Assembly (NCBI GenBank): GCA_010909165.1
Contig: MU008192.1
Location: 552,364-616,363 of the forward strand
DNA length: 64,000 bases
From: Anthoceros angustus
Taxonomy: Eukaryota; Plantae; Anthocerotophyta
Direction of reading: 5' to 3'
Part shown: piece by piece, positions 61,000 to 64,000 of the stretch
How positions within the stretch are numbered: position 1 is the first letter of the stretch
Layout: each line of letters starts with the position of its first letter
The notes under the pieces: model-generated
The model's database searches: none
What the model saw: only the letters and a program-made list of their open reading frames with translations
Told to the model about the DNA's origin: nothing
Made by a program: the position numbers and the translations under genes

Positions 61000-63335
61000 A
61001 AGGCATGTAGGCAAGAGCCCACACCCAGTTGTTGGTGGCATGTCTTACCGTCTGTGCCGTGCACTTTGATTGGTTCCTTGGCGGTCTAACCATATGTGTG
61101 CACGGAAGCAATTTGTGACTTATCGACACTTCAACTGTCACCGTCAGGCGTGGGGAGACGTTGATCCCCATCAAAGGATCACCTTCATCCTCAGCAGTGA
61201 GGCAGTGGAACCAAAGCTCACATCAGACCGAGAAAGTCAAGCCTCTGACATGCAGTGAGGAAGGACTTGAGAAGGTCAAGAAAAAAGACAAGAAGGGTGA
61301 GCACTTCCAGAAGGAGAAAGGAAGAAAGGGCGGTTGCGAATGGAGAAGAAAACATCTGCAGGAGGGGGTATTGGACAAGTGGAGCTCTAACGAAAAGATT
61401 GAGATTGGAGGTCAAGGCATTGAAAAATCAAGCTCCACTTAGAGTCCCTACTTTGCAAAAGGCAGTTGGTGTCTGCTCAATTTGTCATCAGCAGGGCACA
61501 CCAGCGGGGAATGTATTCGCACCACGACATGCGGTAAACCATGTGGAATCCGTCATGCACAGGGACTATTGGTATGTGGATGAAGCTAAAGCGGTCCAGG
61601 GGATGGCCACCTCAATCGATGAGGCGACTTACCAACTACACCGTCCCTCAGTGGATCGCGACCGACATCGCGGGACCATGGAGAGATCCATCACAAAGGC
61701 CGATGGCGATTCCGCAGGGGTTGTTTATTACAATTGCGGAGCACCAGGTCACTACTCGAATGAATGTCGAACCTCGAACAAGTGGGATATGTACCCTTTT
61801 TATGTGTACGAATTAGGGCATAAGGTGGGGATCCCGGTGCTCGGGCGTGGCGCGAGTGGCACCAACCGGACCGGTCGGTTGCGGAACCCGGCGAGGCGGA
61901 ACGACTCTGAAACCCCCGCGATCACCGTGACTCGACGCGGTCTTGAAGGTGGAGGCGGAGTATGATTCCTCGATGAATCGATTGACGCCGGGGATCGTGG
62001 AAGAGTGTCGAAGGAGAGATGGCGGATGAAGGATTGATGGTGGCCAAGGTGACCACCGGATCGGAGCGGCGGAGAAGGGCGAGTCGGAGAAAGCAGGCGA
62101 GCAAGGAGGAGAGGAAGAGGAGAAGGTGAGGATGACTCTTGGCCTCCGAGAGCAGCAGGCGTCGGCCGTCGAGGCGGAGGCGGGCCACCCTACTCGGACG
62201 GTGGCAGACTACCACGGTGGGCACCCCTCTGATGATGGCGGGCCCGGTAGGCAGGAGGAGCCCAACAAGGGAGAGGCAGCGTTTCCTCCCGACATCGACC
62301 CGAAGTGGCGATCTTGGAGGATGAGTTGAGGCTCACCCGACATAAGGAAGAAGGTGTGGCCGAGATTGATCCGCGGGTGTGAGTCCCACCCAATGGGAGG
62401 GACCATGGAATTGAGAGTTTACCAATAAGGTCGGAATCGACCGAGAGGGCTGCAAGCGGGAGGAAACCTTGGATAAGATCTCGGTTTGACGCATTGCCGT
62501 GAATTTGTGGTCGATCTGAGCGGTTGCTTGCGGTGAGTCGAGATCATAAATTGTAAAGGAAGCGATCGGGGAATCCACGAGGCATGGGAGGAGAAAGCGG
62601 CGGTGGAGGTAAATGGTGAACTCGTTGATTTGGGGCATTGAGGTTGGTGCCGATGTGCCATTGGATTCGGGATCGAGTCAACTTGATAGCGGAGAGCCTC
62701 ATCAACTTGGGTTCAAGTTTCACCGGCCCGATATTCACGGATGGCCGACCAAACAAGGAGGAAGCCAGGGGTGTTGAAACATACCAGTGATTGGAGGTCT
62801 CACCTTCCACCTACATGTTATGATGTTGGATTTAGGCTACAAGGTTTTGATAGGCCTTGGTTGTATGTCTTGCTGTGTTTTGATTTGATTCGTGTGGCAT
62901 CACCTTCAAGTTGAGTAGGGTGGGCCTGTCGCGTTCGTGTCATGGAGCAAGGCACCCTATGAAGAGTCCAGCGCTCGTCGGGTACACCTCGGTGTACGGG
63001 GGTGAGCTCTTGAGGCGTGTGGCCTACCGGGACCCTCGGTTGGTCACGAAATAAAAGTGATTTGGTGTATTCACCTTTTACATAGAAGATGTAGAAGTCG
63101 AGGAAGGCAAGGCCCATAGAAGGAGTAGCCTTTTGGAGGAAGGCCTATGATGTGACTTTTCACGAGGAGGATCGGGGAACTAGTCATGGCGGTCCGGAAG
63201 GGGCGTATGTAATCCGGTGAGGACTTAGAGTTAGAGCCTAGCAAGGTAGTCAAGATTTCTAGGTATCTAGAGGTAGAAAGAGGAGTTCGTAGTGTGCTTA
63301 GGGAGTATGTCGATGTGTTTGCCTTCAAGATTCTT
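61000..63335 (+). mobile_element. Ty3/Gypsy relic E4: gag with zinc knuckles through to pre-RT region
   Basis: CSICHQQG, YNCGAPGHYSNEC (61255-61965 frame); LREYVDVFAF at 63297-63326. Sequence stops there, before the RT core. Confidence 0.65.
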
Positions 63336-63344
63336 GACATGGCG

Positions 63345-64000
63345 AGGGTCGGAGGCGGGATACAAGATTGCCGCGATAGTGATTGAGGAAGGCAGCATGA
63401 GTGCAGCCACCCAGCTCGGAATGACGCAGTCGGCGGTATCGCAGGCCATGAAACGCGCTGAAGCTCAGGTGGAAGTGACGCTGGTGCATCGAGATCGCCG
63501 CCCCTTGTTCCAACCGAGGCCGGGCGCGTTCTCGTCGCCCATATCAGGAAATTGCGATACGGGCGGAACGCGCCATCGAAGTGCGGGCGACCGCATTGCG
63601 GCCCGAGCGGCAGGATTTGCGGCTTGGCATGGTCGATACCTTCGCGTCTGCCGTGGGACCTGTCCTGATCCGTGATCTGATGGAAGGCGCAATCGCGCTT
63701 CGGGTGACGGCCTTCTCCGGTTTGGCATATGCCCACACCGATGCTCTGATGCGCCATGAGATCGATGCGGCCGTCACATCCGATCCGATGGAGGAATTGG
63801 ACGAGTTGATGCGCTTTACGTTGTATCGGGGAACCGTTCCTGATGGTGGCTCCGGTGGCCTGGGCGGACGCCTTGCGAAATCGTCCGCTCCGGGATGTTC
63901 TCTTCGAGCACAGGCTCGTTCGCTATAGTGCTCGCATATGGGCAACCAGGTGGAAAGACATCTGAGGCGGCTGAGGATCGAGCACCCCATGTCCTCTCCT
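63345..64000 (+). pseudogene. Bacterial LysR-type transcriptional regulator, frameshifted, running off the window end
   Basis: HTH: AIVIEEGSMSAATQLGMTQSAVSQAMKRAEAQVEVTLVHRDRRPL-PTEAGRVL. Substrate-binding domain: LRLGMVDTFASAVGPVLIRDL...SGLAYAHTDALMRHEIDAAVTSDPMEELDEL...-PFLMVAP...LVRYSAR-HMGNQVERHLRRLRIE. About five small indels; no introns. Confidence 0.85.

Noticed and set aside
1-64000. Prokaryotic genome or defence-island interpretation of the window
   Set aside because: Spliceosomal introns, plant-specific domains and LTR retrotransposons dominate; only two short segments look bacterial. No rRNA or tRNA genes were recognised.

Overview
Eukaryotic nuclear DNA, most likely from a non-seed land plant. 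This is inferred from short GT-AG introns, a single-domain DUF26 gene, a CHR chromate-transporter gene, and a DYW-domain fragment carrying the HAE variant motif. The first ~18.5 kb is a gene-bearing block. It has three apparently intact genes (secreted DUF26/Gnk2 protein, 7-exon long-chain CHR transporter, 2-exon TPR+SET protein), a mosaic of SET, CHR and PPR-DYW gene fragments, a decayed PIF/Harbinger transposase and several minisatellites. From the first N (18584) to the end is a stack of nested retroelements rich in small indels. Two distinct Ty3/Gypsy elements have giant LTRs (~4.3 kb and ~3.7-3.9 kb), each carrying a ~2-2.5 kb protein-coding frame in U3 between two TATA-like boxes. The stack also holds a third Ty3 relic, two nested Ty1/Copia elements (one with TG...GA LTR ends and a perfect GGATA target-site duplication), a fourth Ty3 gag relic and a LINE ORF1 fragment. 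Two segments look bacterial: an ORF at 35260-35643 next to an N, and a frameshifted LysR regulator at ~63345-64000 joined directly to Ty3 sequence. Either could be horizontal transfer or assembly chimerism. All family assignments are by eye from motifs; no database searches were run.
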